Source: a virus (lineage: Duplodnaviria > Caudoviricetes). Taken from it: a stretch of DNA of 59,107 nucleotides. The notes beneath the pieces were generated by a model. That model saw only the letters and a program-made list of their open reading frames with translations. It made no database searches and was not told where the DNA came from. The DNA lies in IMG/VR virus record IMGVR_UViG_3300020453_000595, positions 1-59,107 of that record. One strand, written 5' to 3'. Below, in pieces: positions 46,185-54,533 of the stretch. Position 1 is the first letter of the stretch; the number at the start of each line of letters is the position of its first letter. Both the position numbers and the translations under genes were made by a program.

Positions 46185-46574
46185 CTACGCAGTCTCCTCG
46201 GGTGGCATTGCGCCAGGGCCAGGGCCAGCTGGTGCCAGGCCGAATGGACCGCTAGCCCACTTCATCGCGAACTCCTTGAGAGAGTTCTGCGCTTCAAACA
46301 ATTCCGGATTATTAGCAATAGAGCCGAACTCGCCCCTAAGACCACCAATCAACTGCTCGCCCCTCTCGCCAGCAAAACGAGCGTTGAACCTCGGAGACGC
46401 ATGTTTTTGCGTGCTTCCGTGCTCATAACCAAAAGAACCAGCGCTGGTTTCTTCTTTATCGTTTTTGCTCTGAATAGCCATATCGAACGTCCGTGCCAGC
46501 GCTGCTGGTCCGGCGTCCATGATCTTGTAACCCGGCGTCCGGTCTCGCCAGGTTGTCCAAGAACTTACAGCCAC
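46185..46574 (-). CDS. Hypothetical protein
   Basis: 129 aa ORF. Confidence 0.65.
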   Translation of the reverse strand: MAVSSWTTWRDRTPGYKIMDAGPAALARTFDMAIQSKNDKEETSAGSFGYEHGSTQKHASPRFNARFAGERGEQLIGGLRGEFGSIANNPELFEAQNSLKEFAMKWASGPFGLAPAGPGPGAMPPEETA

Positions 46575-46600
46575 TCTTATTAGACGCTATTTCTTAAATG

Positions 46601-46993
46601 TTAGCTATTAGGCAATTTATCTTTGTAAGCCTCATAGCCTGCATTACGCTCTGCATTTCTGAGTATTTGCAAAAGCTCAGCGGGGTCTTCACCGGGCTCC
46701 ATATTCCTAGTCATAAGTGGCTCATGAATATCGCCCAGCAGGAATATCACGCGGTCTGACAACTGGCCGGACTTGATCAATTGGTTGACCTGACGTCCAT
46801 CAATAACCCCATCAACCATCAATTTTTGAAGGCCATTAATCATCTTGCGGTCTTCAGGGCTCTCTCCCTCCCAACCGCCACCGGTGTCAGGGGTTCGCGT
46901 CGATTTGACAGCTTTTGCCGCCAAGGTGCCGGTGCCAACCCCCGCAAGGATCGGAAGTACCCACTCACCGGCGAATCTTCCTATCTGGCTCAT
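46601..46993 (-). CDS. Hypothetical protein with N-terminal TM segment
   Basis: 130 aa; ATGA coupling. Confidence 0.65.
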   Translation of the reverse strand: MSQIGRFAGEWVLPILAGVGTGTLAAKAVKSTRTPDTGGGWEGESPEDRKMINGLQKLMVDGVIDGRQVNQLIKSGQLSDRVIFLLGDIHEPLMTRNMEPGEDPAELLQILRNAERNAGYEAYKDKLPNS

Positions 46994-47130
46994 TTCTCAG
47001 ATTTTTTCTTGGCCTTGTTCTTGAAGTGCTCGAGAAGCTCAGCTGGCATCTTGCCGTCTTTGCTCTTCTTTGATTCGCCTTTCTTGTGAGCCTTGGCCTT
47101 TTCTTTGGCGGATTCTTTGCTGTGATTCAT
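46990..47130 (-). CDS. Small Lys-rich protein (46 aa)
   Basis: MNHSKESAKEK..KMPAELLEHFKNK; ATGA overlaps on both sides; hand translated. Confidence 0.6.
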   Translation of the reverse strand: MNHSKESAKEKAKAHKKGESKKSKDGKMPAELLEHFKNKAKKKSEK

Positions 47131-49124
47131 CGCGAAAACATCTTGTTGCGGAAACGAGCCAAAAGCTCAATGGCAGCATTTCTGCTGGGCTCAGAAGCCC
47201 CTTCAGCCAGGCCACGCATTACATTCTGGCGTGCTTGCAAAGGCAAAGCGTTAACAATCTGCTGCTGCTCGTCAACACTTCCCTTGCTTGCAGGTGCATT
47301 CATTGCAGTTCCAGTGTCAGCCGCTGATTGTTCGCGAGCCTGACCCAACAATGCAAGCCGCTCATCAAACGCTTGTTGGATGCGGTCGGCTGACGCATTT
47401 TGACGGATGAACTCTGCCATGTTTGCTCGTTGCCGCATTCCAGAGGCTGCATCCACAGGTTGCATACCTGTTTCGCGATAGATAGTCAGTGGGTCAGGTA
47501 TGTCAGTTTCCGGCTGGCTAGTAGCGCGAGCGATTCCAGCTACGGCAGGGTTCTGGTATTTCGCACGTAATGCAGCCACATCAGCGCCGGAGAAGCTACG
47601 TTCTCGCCCAAGCACCACGTTTGGGTCGAAGCCAGTCTCCACAGGGCCTGACATTGCGACCGCATTTCGAGGGCCAGCAGGCACAGCCCTTGCACGCTCG
47701 ATGCTGAAGCCGGAATTACCCCCTCTGCGCTCTACGACATCTTCACCAGTGCTGTCGTAATCAGAATCCACGTACTCAGGCATCGCCATTTCAGCGATTT
47801 CTGCGGCTACATCAGTGATTCCAGGCGCAGGCTCGAAAGCAGGGGCGAAAGCTTGGATGTCAACCTCACGTCCCATCCGCTCAGCGCGGACCAGGGCGAT
47901 ACCAGTCTCGAGATTCGTAGCCGCACGCGCCAAAGCAGCCGCTTTTTCGGGGATTGTGGTGCGTTCTGCAGCCATTTTCAGCGTCATGATCCGACGTTCA
48001 ATGTCTGGATCGTTCGCTTCAAGCGATCTGAAGGCATTGACTACGGTCGGCTTGTCCATAAAGGAGCCGTATTGCAGTTCCTCAAGCAATTCGTTGAACG
48101 GCATGCCATATTTTTGGGACATTTCGTTCACTTTTTTGCCGACTCTTGGGGGCCGCCCCTCGTAATTTCTGCGCAAACCACCGATTTTGGGCTCAAGGTC
48201 GCTGTCATCCAGGAACGGAACTAACCCTGTTTCGTTTAATACACGCGCATTACGAACAGCTAGGTCGGTTCGAGCTGGATACAAGGACGCTGGATAACGT
48301 GACTGAGGATCTCGCTCGATTAGAGGCTTTTTTCTGTACCTCTTGTCCTCGGCGATACCACTTTGGAACTTGGGATCGATACTTATCAGCTCTGAACGAA
48401 TGGCGTCATAGTCGCGGTTGGCAGGATTTCCAACACGGAAGAGCCCATCTTCAGCAAGCTCCTTCGGCGCATACACGTCACGAGTAATAAGCTCGCCAGT
48501 ATTTTTGTCTACGCCATCAATGAGGTAGCCAAAGAGCGTTCCCTGGCCCTTCTGACGAACAAATCTGCCTTCTTCCGCCAGCCGCTCGAGTGTAGTGATA
48601 TTTGTCAGCGGAGTTTTGTACTCTCCTCGCAGTCTCTTGACCTCTTCGGCCAGGGATGGGGCTTCTTCGTAGCTCTCTTTGTTGGAATAAACCGTCTTAG
48701 CGCTTCGCACCTGGCCATCTCTGCCGCGCACGGGGATTTGAACGCCGCCGTATGCATTCACCTCTGGAGTATGCGTGTCTTTAATTCTCTGCCCCAGCCT
48801 GAATTGAGACTCTGGATCTACTCCCTCTTTACGCAGTACTTTCTTGGACTCCGGCCGCACATCTCGATCACGAGGTAAGCCGTACCTGGCCATGTTCTGG
48901 ACACTTTCAGCCAGATCCCTGTCATCCAGACTCATCCGCTGGGGATAAAGGGATGCCGGCGCCTCAGCTTCGCGGTCACGCTCAGCCAAAGCGGTCAACA
49001 GTTCTGCCGCAAGTTGTTCATTTGTCGTTCCAGGCACGATTGGCCGGGGACCCGTCCTCCTCCGAGGATCATTTGGGTCACCGATGTTGCGAAAACCACC
49101 AATTCCGCTAATTGCGCCTTCCAT
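47127..49124 (-). CDS. Large hypothetical protein
   Basis: 665 aa ORF, first gene of the minus-strand block; no motif recognised. Confidence 0.75.
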   Translation of the reverse strand: MEGAISGIGGFRNIGDPNDPRRRTGPRPIVPGTTNEQLAAELLTALAERDREAEAPASLYPQRMSLDDRDLAESVQNMARYGLPRDRDVRPESKKVLRKEGVDPESQFRLGQRIKDTHTPEVNAYGGVQIPVRGRDGQVRSAKTVYSNKESYEEAPSLAEEVKRLRGEYKTPLTNITTLERLAEEGRFVRQKGQGTLFGYLIDGVDKNTGELITRDVYAPKELAEDGLFRVGNPANRDYDAIRSELISIDPKFQSGIAEDKRYRKKPLIERDPQSRYPASLYPARTDLAVRNARVLNETGLVPFLDDSDLEPKIGGLRRNYEGRPPRVGKKVNEMSQKYGMPFNELLEELQYGSFMDKPTVVNAFRSLEANDPDIERRIMTLKMAAERTTIPEKAAALARAATNLETGIALVRAERMGREVDIQAFAPAFEPAPGITDVAAEIAEMAMPEYVDSDYDSTGEDVVERRGGNSGFSIERARAVPAGPRNAVAMSGPVETGFDPNVVLGRERSFSGADVAALRAKYQNPAVAGIARATSQPETDIPDPLTIYRETGMQPVDAASGMRQRANMAEFIRQNASADRIQQAFDERLALLGQAREQSAADTGTAMNAPASKGSVDEQQQIVNALPLQARQNVMRGLAEGASEPSRNAAIELLARFRNKMFSR

Positions 49125-49900
49125 CTAAAGACAAATCTTGCATCCCGCAAGACAAGTCTATCGACGATAAATATGCGGCCTCGCGGGGTATTTAGCCCTT
49201 TATTTCTTGCGAAATTTTTGAGCACATACAAATAGGGAAAAAAACACGTTTAAAAATAGGGAAAAATTTCCACCGGAAACTAAAGTTGGACAGCAGCAGC
49301 CCCCGCGGGAAAGTTCTGATTTTTGTTGCGCCGCGCGGTATACATCAAACACCCCTCGCACCTTCCGATACCGGTCAAACAAAAAAAAGATTGGCTCGGG
49401 GTTTACCTGAGTAGACGCGTCCGCTCAGCGAGCGCGATTCGCTACGCGAAATCGCCGAGCTCGCGTTTCGCTGGGGAACATCAGTACGCGCAACGAGAGT
49501 AAGCAGCAGCAGCGCGACAGCGAACGCGCTCCGCTACGCGACGCGCACTGTTCGCTCGTGTCGCTGAGATACCTGAGTACGCGCGCGACTGCGCGCCCCG
49601 CTCCGCGTTACATAAGTACGCGCCCACCGTTACCGCTGTACCCCCACGTATCTATTAGCCCCGCTTATACCCCTGCGTCTCCAACAGTTACCCAGCACGC
49701 GAGCGCGAGCGCGATCCGTTCCGCGCACCCCCCGCGCTTACGCGTCACGCGGCGGCCAAACCACTTGATGTCTGTAATTCAACACGGATTCGCACCCAGA
49801 TGGGGTGCTCAATTTCACCCTCCTCGCCCTCGCTTCGCTCGTTGCTCGTGAGCTCACCTCAGTACCCCTGCGCCTACCACGCCCACCGAACACACCGGTT
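49125..49900. other. Non-coding strand-switch region (possible origin or genome terminus)
   Basis: AT-rich tracts followed by a CpG-rich segment with AGTACGCGC x3, TACCTGAGTA x2 and GNA mini-hairpins; gene orientation flips here. Confidence 0.6.
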
Positions 49901-49929
49901 CCCGGGTGTCCAATAACAACAGTGCATTC

Positions 49930-50163
49930 ATGTTGGCTCCTTCGATCTACAAATGTGCAGCGAACATCGCCAACCTCGGCGACTGGGACCACACCGAAGA
50001 TTTCTTTCCGCTCGGCATAGATATCTACGGCTGCGGTGTCATGGGTGTCCGCTACTGGGCAGATGACTGGCTCGGCCAGGCATACCTCGAAGAGGACAAT
50101 GTCCTGTACGGACCTGAAGCGCCACTACCAGGCGACGAGGATCCTGACGAGCTCCCCTTCTAA
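49930..50163 (+). CDS. Acidic early protein
   Basis: ATG 3 nt after dyad copy 1; ends DEDPDELPF; followed by a terminator. Confidence 0.7.
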   Translation: MLAPSIYKCAANIANLGDWDHTEDFFPLGIDIYGCGVMGVRYWADDWLGQAYLEEDNVLYGPEAPLPGDEDPDELPF

Positions 50164-50169
50164 ACCTCA

Positions 50170-50198
50170 AGGCCCTGGCGAAAGCTGGGGCTTTTTTT
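50170..50198 (+). terminator. Rho-independent terminator (hairpin repeated at 50465-50488)
   Basis: GGCCCTGGC-GAAA-GCTGGGGC followed by T7. Confidence 0.85.
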
Positions 50199-50223
50199 AT
50201 GTCCACTTACAACAGTGCATTCA

Positions 50224-50457
50224 ATGTCTGACCTTCGCAAAGCTTGCCGCCGTGGCTGGATGATTGGTGGCTTCGTTGGAACCACCTTCTCCTGTGTGTT
50301 CTACGGAGGCATCGGTTTCTTCCTCTTCGGCACAGCTGGTCTGCACGGGGGACTTGCAATCGCAATATCGATGGCTGCTGTCAGCCTCCTGTATTTCGAG
50401 CGCAAGTTCAACAAGCACGGCGGAATAGTCGAGGCCCTAGAGACCTGGGGCATGTGA
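50224..50457 (+). CDS. Small two-TM early protein
   Basis: MSDLRKACRRGW.. with two hydrophobic segments. Confidence 0.7.
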   Translation: MSDLRKACRRGWMIGGFVGTTFSCVFYGGIGFFLFGTAGLHGGLAIAISMAAVSLLYFERKFNKHGGIVEALETWGM

Positions 50458-50629
50458 GATCTCGAGGCCCTGGCGAAAGCTGGGGCTTCGTTTTTTTCTT
50501 TAAAGACATTGACTCGCTTCGCTCGAGCAGGCCTCGGCCAGGCGCTCACTTCGTTCGCTTTGTCCTCGGTATCAACAGCCGGGGGCTTCGCCCCAACAGC
50601 CGGGACCGACAGACGGCCTGTTTCCCTCT

Positions 50630-50655
50630 GCCTCACCTTCGGGTGGGGCTTTTTT
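50630..50655 (+). terminator. Rho-independent terminator (identical copy at 51301-51326)
   Basis: GCCTCACC-TTCG-GGTGGGGC followed by T6. Confidence 0.85.
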
Positions 50656-50683
50656 ATTGCCCTAATTCAACGGTGCATTTCAC

Positions 50684-51001
50684 ATGTCTACTGAGATCCA
50701 CAACCTCTTCAAGTACGACACCTTCTGGGATCCAAACCAGCTCGAGCTAATCCCGGTCGGCCCGCCAAGTCCTACGCAAGTGGTGACCTTCAAGATCCTG
50801 ACTGGCACAGGCGTCGACTGGGATAACAATCCCCTTCCTAACTGGGACGATGCCTACATCACATGGACTGGCGAGGACGGCCTACCAATAGCCGACTTGG
50901 AGGATGCCAACTGCTGCGACGCAGATCGTTCGTCAGCACGAGACATCTACCAAGAGCTCAAGGCCCTGGGCTACCAGCGTCACCTCCTTGGATCCCACTA
51001 G
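50684..51001 (+). CDS. Acidic early hypothetical protein
   Basis: 105 aa between a dyad and a terminator. Confidence 0.7.
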   Translation: MSTEIHNLFKYDTFWDPNQLELIPVGPPSPTQVVTFKILTGTGVDWDNNPLPNWDDAYITWTGEDGLPIADLEDANCCDADRSSARDIYQELKALGYQRHLLGSH

Positions 51002-51018
51002 TGGCGCTAGCCCGAACA

Positions 51019-51052
51019 TCCCCTGCCTAGCCCAGCTAGGTGGGGGTTTTTT
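51019..51052 (+). terminator. Rho-independent terminator
   Basis: CCCCTGCCTAG..CTAGGTGGGGG followed by T6. Confidence 0.8.
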
Positions 51053-51104
51053 AGTGCCTCAATACAACAGTGCATTGGGGCTTGTTCACTTCGCTTTCAA
51101 GTTC

Positions 51105-51284
51105 ATGGATTGCATCGCTGACACCTTCTTCGATGATCTGCTCGCCGAGGACAACTGCTTCGACTCAGGGCAGTTCCTCCAAAATCTCTGGATTCAATAC
51201 CAGGGATGCCGAGGCGACGCCACCCAGGAAAACATCCTGTCGGGACAAATACGTGACGCCCAGCGGCACTTCGGTATCTGCTGA
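51105..51284 (+). CDS. Small early hypothetical protein (59 aa)
   Basis: MDCIADTFFDDLL..; start trimmed to the cassette boundary. Confidence 0.65.
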   Translation: MDCIADTFFDDLLAEDNCFDSGQFLQNLWIQYQGCRGDATQENILSGQIRDAQRHFGIC

Positions 51285-51378
51285 CTCATCACTCTCCTCT
51301 GCCTCACCTTCGGGTGGGGCTTTTTTATTGCCCCAATACAACAGTGCGTTGGGGTTGTTTCACTTCGCTAGTAAACAC

Positions 51379-51924
51379 ATGACTACCAAAGCTCAACTCG
51401 AAGCCCAAGTCACTGATCTTCAGGACCAACTGGCTGCTGCCCAAACAGCTAGCCAGCCTGCTGAGCTGACCGAGATCGAGAAGCGCAAGCAGCGCGCCAA
51501 CAACACAACAGTTGTTCTGGTCCGACGCTGCTTCCCCGTCACAACCAGAGAAGGCGAGGTTGTCGAGGGTGGCTTCAAGCTGCCCGCCGTCCAATCCCTG
51601 GACATTAACTACGGCACCAAGGAGGAGCCCAACTGGAAGAAGCACCAAGTCCAAGAGACCTGGTTCGAAGTCTGGAACAACGGCACTCCGCTCGGTGACC
51701 AGCTCAACACGCTGATCCAATCCACCGAGTACGCCGTGCTCCGTCTCTACTGGGAGTTCACTTCCAAGCCTGAGAACGTCTACGTCACAGACGAAGTCAA
51801 CGACAAAGGCGTGTCATACAAGAAGACCAACTTCCGGTATGCACCCAAGAAGCGTATCTTCGCCTTTGACACCCTGCATCAGGTGGACCTCGAGACCGAG
51901 GTTCAAGAAGAGATCGCCTTCTGA
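51379..51924 (+). CDS. Early protein, possible ssDNA-binding protein
   Basis: N-terminal coiled coil, aromatic beta region (NWKK..TWFEVWN), acidic tail EVQEEIAF. Confidence 0.6.
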   Translation: MTTKAQLEAQVTDLQDQLAAAQTASQPAELTEIEKRKQRANNTTVVLVRRCFPVTTREGEVVEGGFKLPAVQSLDINYGTKEEPNWKKHQVQETWFEVWNNGTPLGDQLNTLIQSTEYAVLRLYWEFTSKPENVYVTDEVNDKGVSYKKTNFRYAPKKRIFAFDTLHQVDLETEVQEEIAF

Positions 51925-51930
51925 CACACC

Positions 51931-51963
51931 AGCCCCTGCCCTCACCGGGTGGGGGCTTTTTTT
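51931..51963 (+). terminator. Rho-independent terminator
   Basis: GCCCCTGCCC..GGGTGGGGGC followed by T7. Confidence 0.8.
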
Positions 51964-52026
51964 ATTGCACTGACCCAACAGTGCACAGACTTTTTATCAA
52001 CTTGTTCACTTACCTAGCCTGAAATC

Positions 52027-52332
52027 ATGACTATCTCTGCAAACGAAATGACCATGCTGGACACCATCCAGCCGACCGTCGACAAGATCAAGTCCGTCGA
52101 CTATCGCAAGCACCTGTCAACATTCGCCCAGTACATCCTCATCCTTGCCGTTGCTATCGGCAAAGCAATTCGCTGGGCGATTCCGTACATCATCACAGGC
52201 CTCCGCTTCCTGGCAGACGGCCTCGAATATCTCATCGAAGGCAACATTCCACAACCTGAGCCCACCATCCAAACTCAACAAGGAGAAGATCCCATACCAG
52301 TGAGAAAACCAAAGGCTCAGGGATTTGCCTAA
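52027..52332 (+). CDS. Early membrane-associated hypothetical protein
   Basis: 101 aa with a central hydrophobic helix. Confidence 0.7.
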   Translation: MTISANEMTMLDTIQPTVDKIKSVDYRKHLSTFAQYILILAVAIGKAIRWAIPYIITGLRFLADGLEYLIEGNIPQPEPTIQTQQGEDPIPVRKPKAQGFA

Positions 52333-52339
52333 CCCCACT

Positions 52340-52365
52340 GCCCCGCCGAAAGGTGGGGCTTTTTT
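52340..52365 (+). terminator. Rho-independent terminator (identical hairpin at 52575-52599)
   Basis: GCCCCGCC-GAAA-GGTGGGGC followed by T5-6. Confidence 0.85.
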
Positions 52366-52385
52366 AGTGCCTACTTACAACTGTC

Positions 52386-52568
52386 ATGTCTCAAGTCCAC
52401 ATCATTCTCGTCGACGTCGACGAGTGCACATACGTTGATGGCGTCTACCAAAACATTGAAGACGCCGAAGCAGAACTCAACAACCCAGCCTATGGCGACT
52501 GGGGCGACGCAAGATTTCACGCCCGTTGGGCTGATGGCGGGCGCATCAAAACCTGCGAACTCAAATAA
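52386..52568 (+). CDS. Small early hypothetical protein
   Basis: 60 aa cassette ORF. Confidence 0.7.
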   Translation: MSQVHIILVDVDECTYVDGVYQNIEDAEAELNNPAYGDWGDARFHARWADGGRIKTCELK

Positions 52569-52641
52569 CCCACTGCCCCGCCGAAAGGTGGGGCTTTTTA
52601 TTGCACCACTTCAACGGTGCATTTCACTTCGCTAGTGACTT

Positions 52642-52857
52642 ATGGACCACATCAAAGACCTGCTCGCTGAGGTCAACGACGAACTCATGATGAGCGACAT
52701 GCTCGCAGGAGAAGCCGTCCTTGCCGAGCAGGCCTACTACCAACAGAAAGCCATGCAAGAGGAGATGCCAGCCCGCTTCGATCGGACCTGGCCTGATGCT
52801 CACCGCATCAAGAAAGTCTCCCGCTCTGGCTCTCCATACCACGTCGTCACCAAGTGA
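52642..52857 (+). CDS. Small early hypothetical protein
   Basis: 71 aa cassette ORF. Confidence 0.7.
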   Translation: MDHIKDLLAEVNDELMMSDMLAGEAVLAEQAYYQQKAMQEEMPARFDRTWPDAHRIKKVSRSGSPYHVVTK

Positions 52858-52863
52858 CGCTTT

Positions 52864-52895
52864 GCCCTGCCGGTCTCGGCCGGCGGGGCTTTTTT
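52864..52895 (+). terminator. Rho-independent terminator
   Basis: GCCCTGCCGG..CCGGCGGGGC followed by T6. Confidence 0.8.
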
Positions 52896-52916
52896 ATGCC
52901 CTCACAGTGCAAACCA

Positions 52917-53051
52917 ATGACCGCCAAGCCACTACCCCCGATCAACACCCTTGAGGACGGCCGGCTCAGCATTGAACTCCCCAATGCTTGCTACGTCTTC
53001 GCCCCCGAATGTCTCAAGCTCGCCCAACGTATTCAGAAGAAATTCAAATGA
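52917..53051 (+). CDS. Small hypothetical protein (44 aa)
   Basis: MTAKPLPP..; ATG just after the shortened dyad. Confidence 0.6.
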   Translation: MTAKPLPPINTLEDGRLSIELPNACYVFAPECLKLAQRIQKKFK

Positions 53052-53275
53052 CCCACCCTAAAGGCAAGTTCATCTATACCTGGCCACAAGACGGATTCAC
53101 CAGAGTCCTGCTCTGCCAGGTCACCGGCAAGTGGAACGACGTCTACGTCGAAGACACCTTGCACCCATCAGGGCGATTCATGCCCAGACACTACTTCGAG
53201 CACACCATCGAACAACTGACAGCCCAGTTCGGCGCTGTCTGCAGTAAACCCACCCGTAAAGTGAGGGCCAAATGA
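53048..53275 (+). CDS. Hypothetical protein
   Basis: MTHPKGKF..; ATGA coupling. Confidence 0.65.
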   Translation: MTHPKGKFIYTWPQDGFTRVLLCQVTGKWNDVYVEDTLHPSGRFMPRHYFEHTIEQLTAQFGAVCSKPTRKVRAK

Positions 53276-53457
53276 CCGAACTCAAGTCACCCAAAGAGGC
53301 TCTAACCCTGGCCCTCTACCTGGCTCTTTCAGCTCCCAGCGAAGACAAAGCGCAGGAGCTTGGAGCAATGGCCGACTCCCTTGCTCAGGGACTGTCGGCC
53401 GAAGAAGTCGAGGCTTGCAAGGCAATCGCCTTGGCTCAGTTCACAGCCCGTAAGTGA
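53272..53457 (+). CDS. Hypothetical protein
   Basis: ALTLALYLALSAP; ATGA coupling. Confidence 0.7.
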   Translation: MTELKSPKEALTLALYLALSAPSEDKAQELGAMADSLAQGLSAEEVEACKAIALAQFTARK

Positions 53458-53656
53458 CTTCAGGCTGGTAACCGCCAGTCATCGAATACTCAGGCTCGCT
53501 GAACTCAGGAGCCATCTTGTTCATCTCCCCGGCCAGTGACCTCGGGATCAACTTGTCACGACGAAAGGCACGCCGCATCTCATCGAGATCGAAACGTCCC
53601 AACCCTTCTCGGATGTCAAGCCCGAGGTCCTCACCGGCCAGCCTCAGCTCAGCCAT
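53441..53656 (-). CDS. Hypothetical protein
   Basis: 71 aa; MAELRLAG N-terminus. Confidence 0.6.
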   Translation of the reverse strand: MAELRLAGEDLGLDIREGLGRFDLDEMRRAFRRDKLIPRSLAGEMNKMAPEFSEPEYSMTGGYQPEVTYGL

Positions 53657-53879
53657 TCAACAGCTTCTCCAACGCTGCCTTGCCAACAATCTTCTCGCCC
53701 TGTTGGTAATAGAAGCAGTCGGTCTTTCCTGCTTCTTTCAAGGCACGGCAGATCTTCACCCACTTCTCCTTGTCCTCATCTACCTTCATCCCATCAAGGA
53801 TGGTGTCGGCATTCTTCAAGTAATCCTCAGCCATCCTTTTGATCCTTGGTTTTCTCACATTTACGAAGCTGTTCCTCAA
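53649..53879 (-). CDS. Conserved phage hypothetical protein (start uncertain)
   Basis: WVKICRALKEAGKTDCFYY motif. Confidence 0.6.
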   Translation of the reverse strand: MRNSFVNVRKPRIKRMAEDYLKNADTILDGMKVDEDKEKWVKICRALKEAGKTDCFYYQQGEKIVGKAALEKLLNG

Positions 53880-53972
53880 CCAGCCGGTAATAAGAGCTGT
53901 CGGTCTTTTGACCTTCCTCCAGGGTGGACTTCACCTTGGAATACAGCTCGCATTCCCAGTCAGAAGGCTTAC

Positions 53973-54533
53973 TCATGAAGGCAGAACGTTCTCACGTTCA
54001 GCATCAACGCTTTGCCCCTGAGTGAGGTAGTTCATCAGGTCGATCAGTGCGGCACCGCTAGCAGTGATCGCGCCCACCCCACCGGTCACAACCCCGGCCC
54101 GGGCAATGTCACCCTTGGTGCCCTGGTCAGCCAACGCCTCCATACCCTTGGCGCCCAGGTTCTGCATTGAACGCATAGGTGTCATGACATCAGAGTCAGC
54201 CAACACCTCGCCGTAATTACTACCCGCAACACGCGCATCCCGGCCCATCAGATTTTGAACATCGGCGGCGCGAACGTTGCGCATGTCCTCACGATTTAGA
54301 GGGCCAAAATTGCCGTACATGTAGTCAGCAACTGGTGTCTCGCCAGTGCCCATGCCTTCACGGTTCACACGCTCAGCACCCATAGCTGCTCGCTCACCTT
54401 GACTGCGAGCCATGATTTCTTTGACGCGATCTTCCCGTGAAGTCGCAGCCCCACGCTCCAGCTTCGATTGGCCTCTCTGAGCGCCAGCAATCATGCGGCG
54501 CTTGATTTCATCTCCAACTCTTTTAGCGAACAC
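53973..54533 (-). CDS. Hypothetical protein with hydrophobic C-terminus (late-type)
   Basis: 186 aa; TAGAAT at 54560-54565. Confidence 0.7.
   Translation of the reverse strand: MFAKRVGDEIKRRMIAGAQRGQSKLERGAATSREDRVKEIMARSQGERAAMGAERVNREGMGTGETPVADYMYGNFGPLNREDMRNVRAADVQNLMGRDARVAGSNYGEVLADSDVMTPMRSMQNLGAKGMEALADQGTKGDIARAGVVTGGVGAITASGAALIDLMNYLTQGQSVDAERENVLPS

Noticed and set aside
49558-50020. Track ORFs in the strand-switch region
   Set aside because: Low-complexity R/P/A products without RBS, better explained by GC-rich non-coding repeats.
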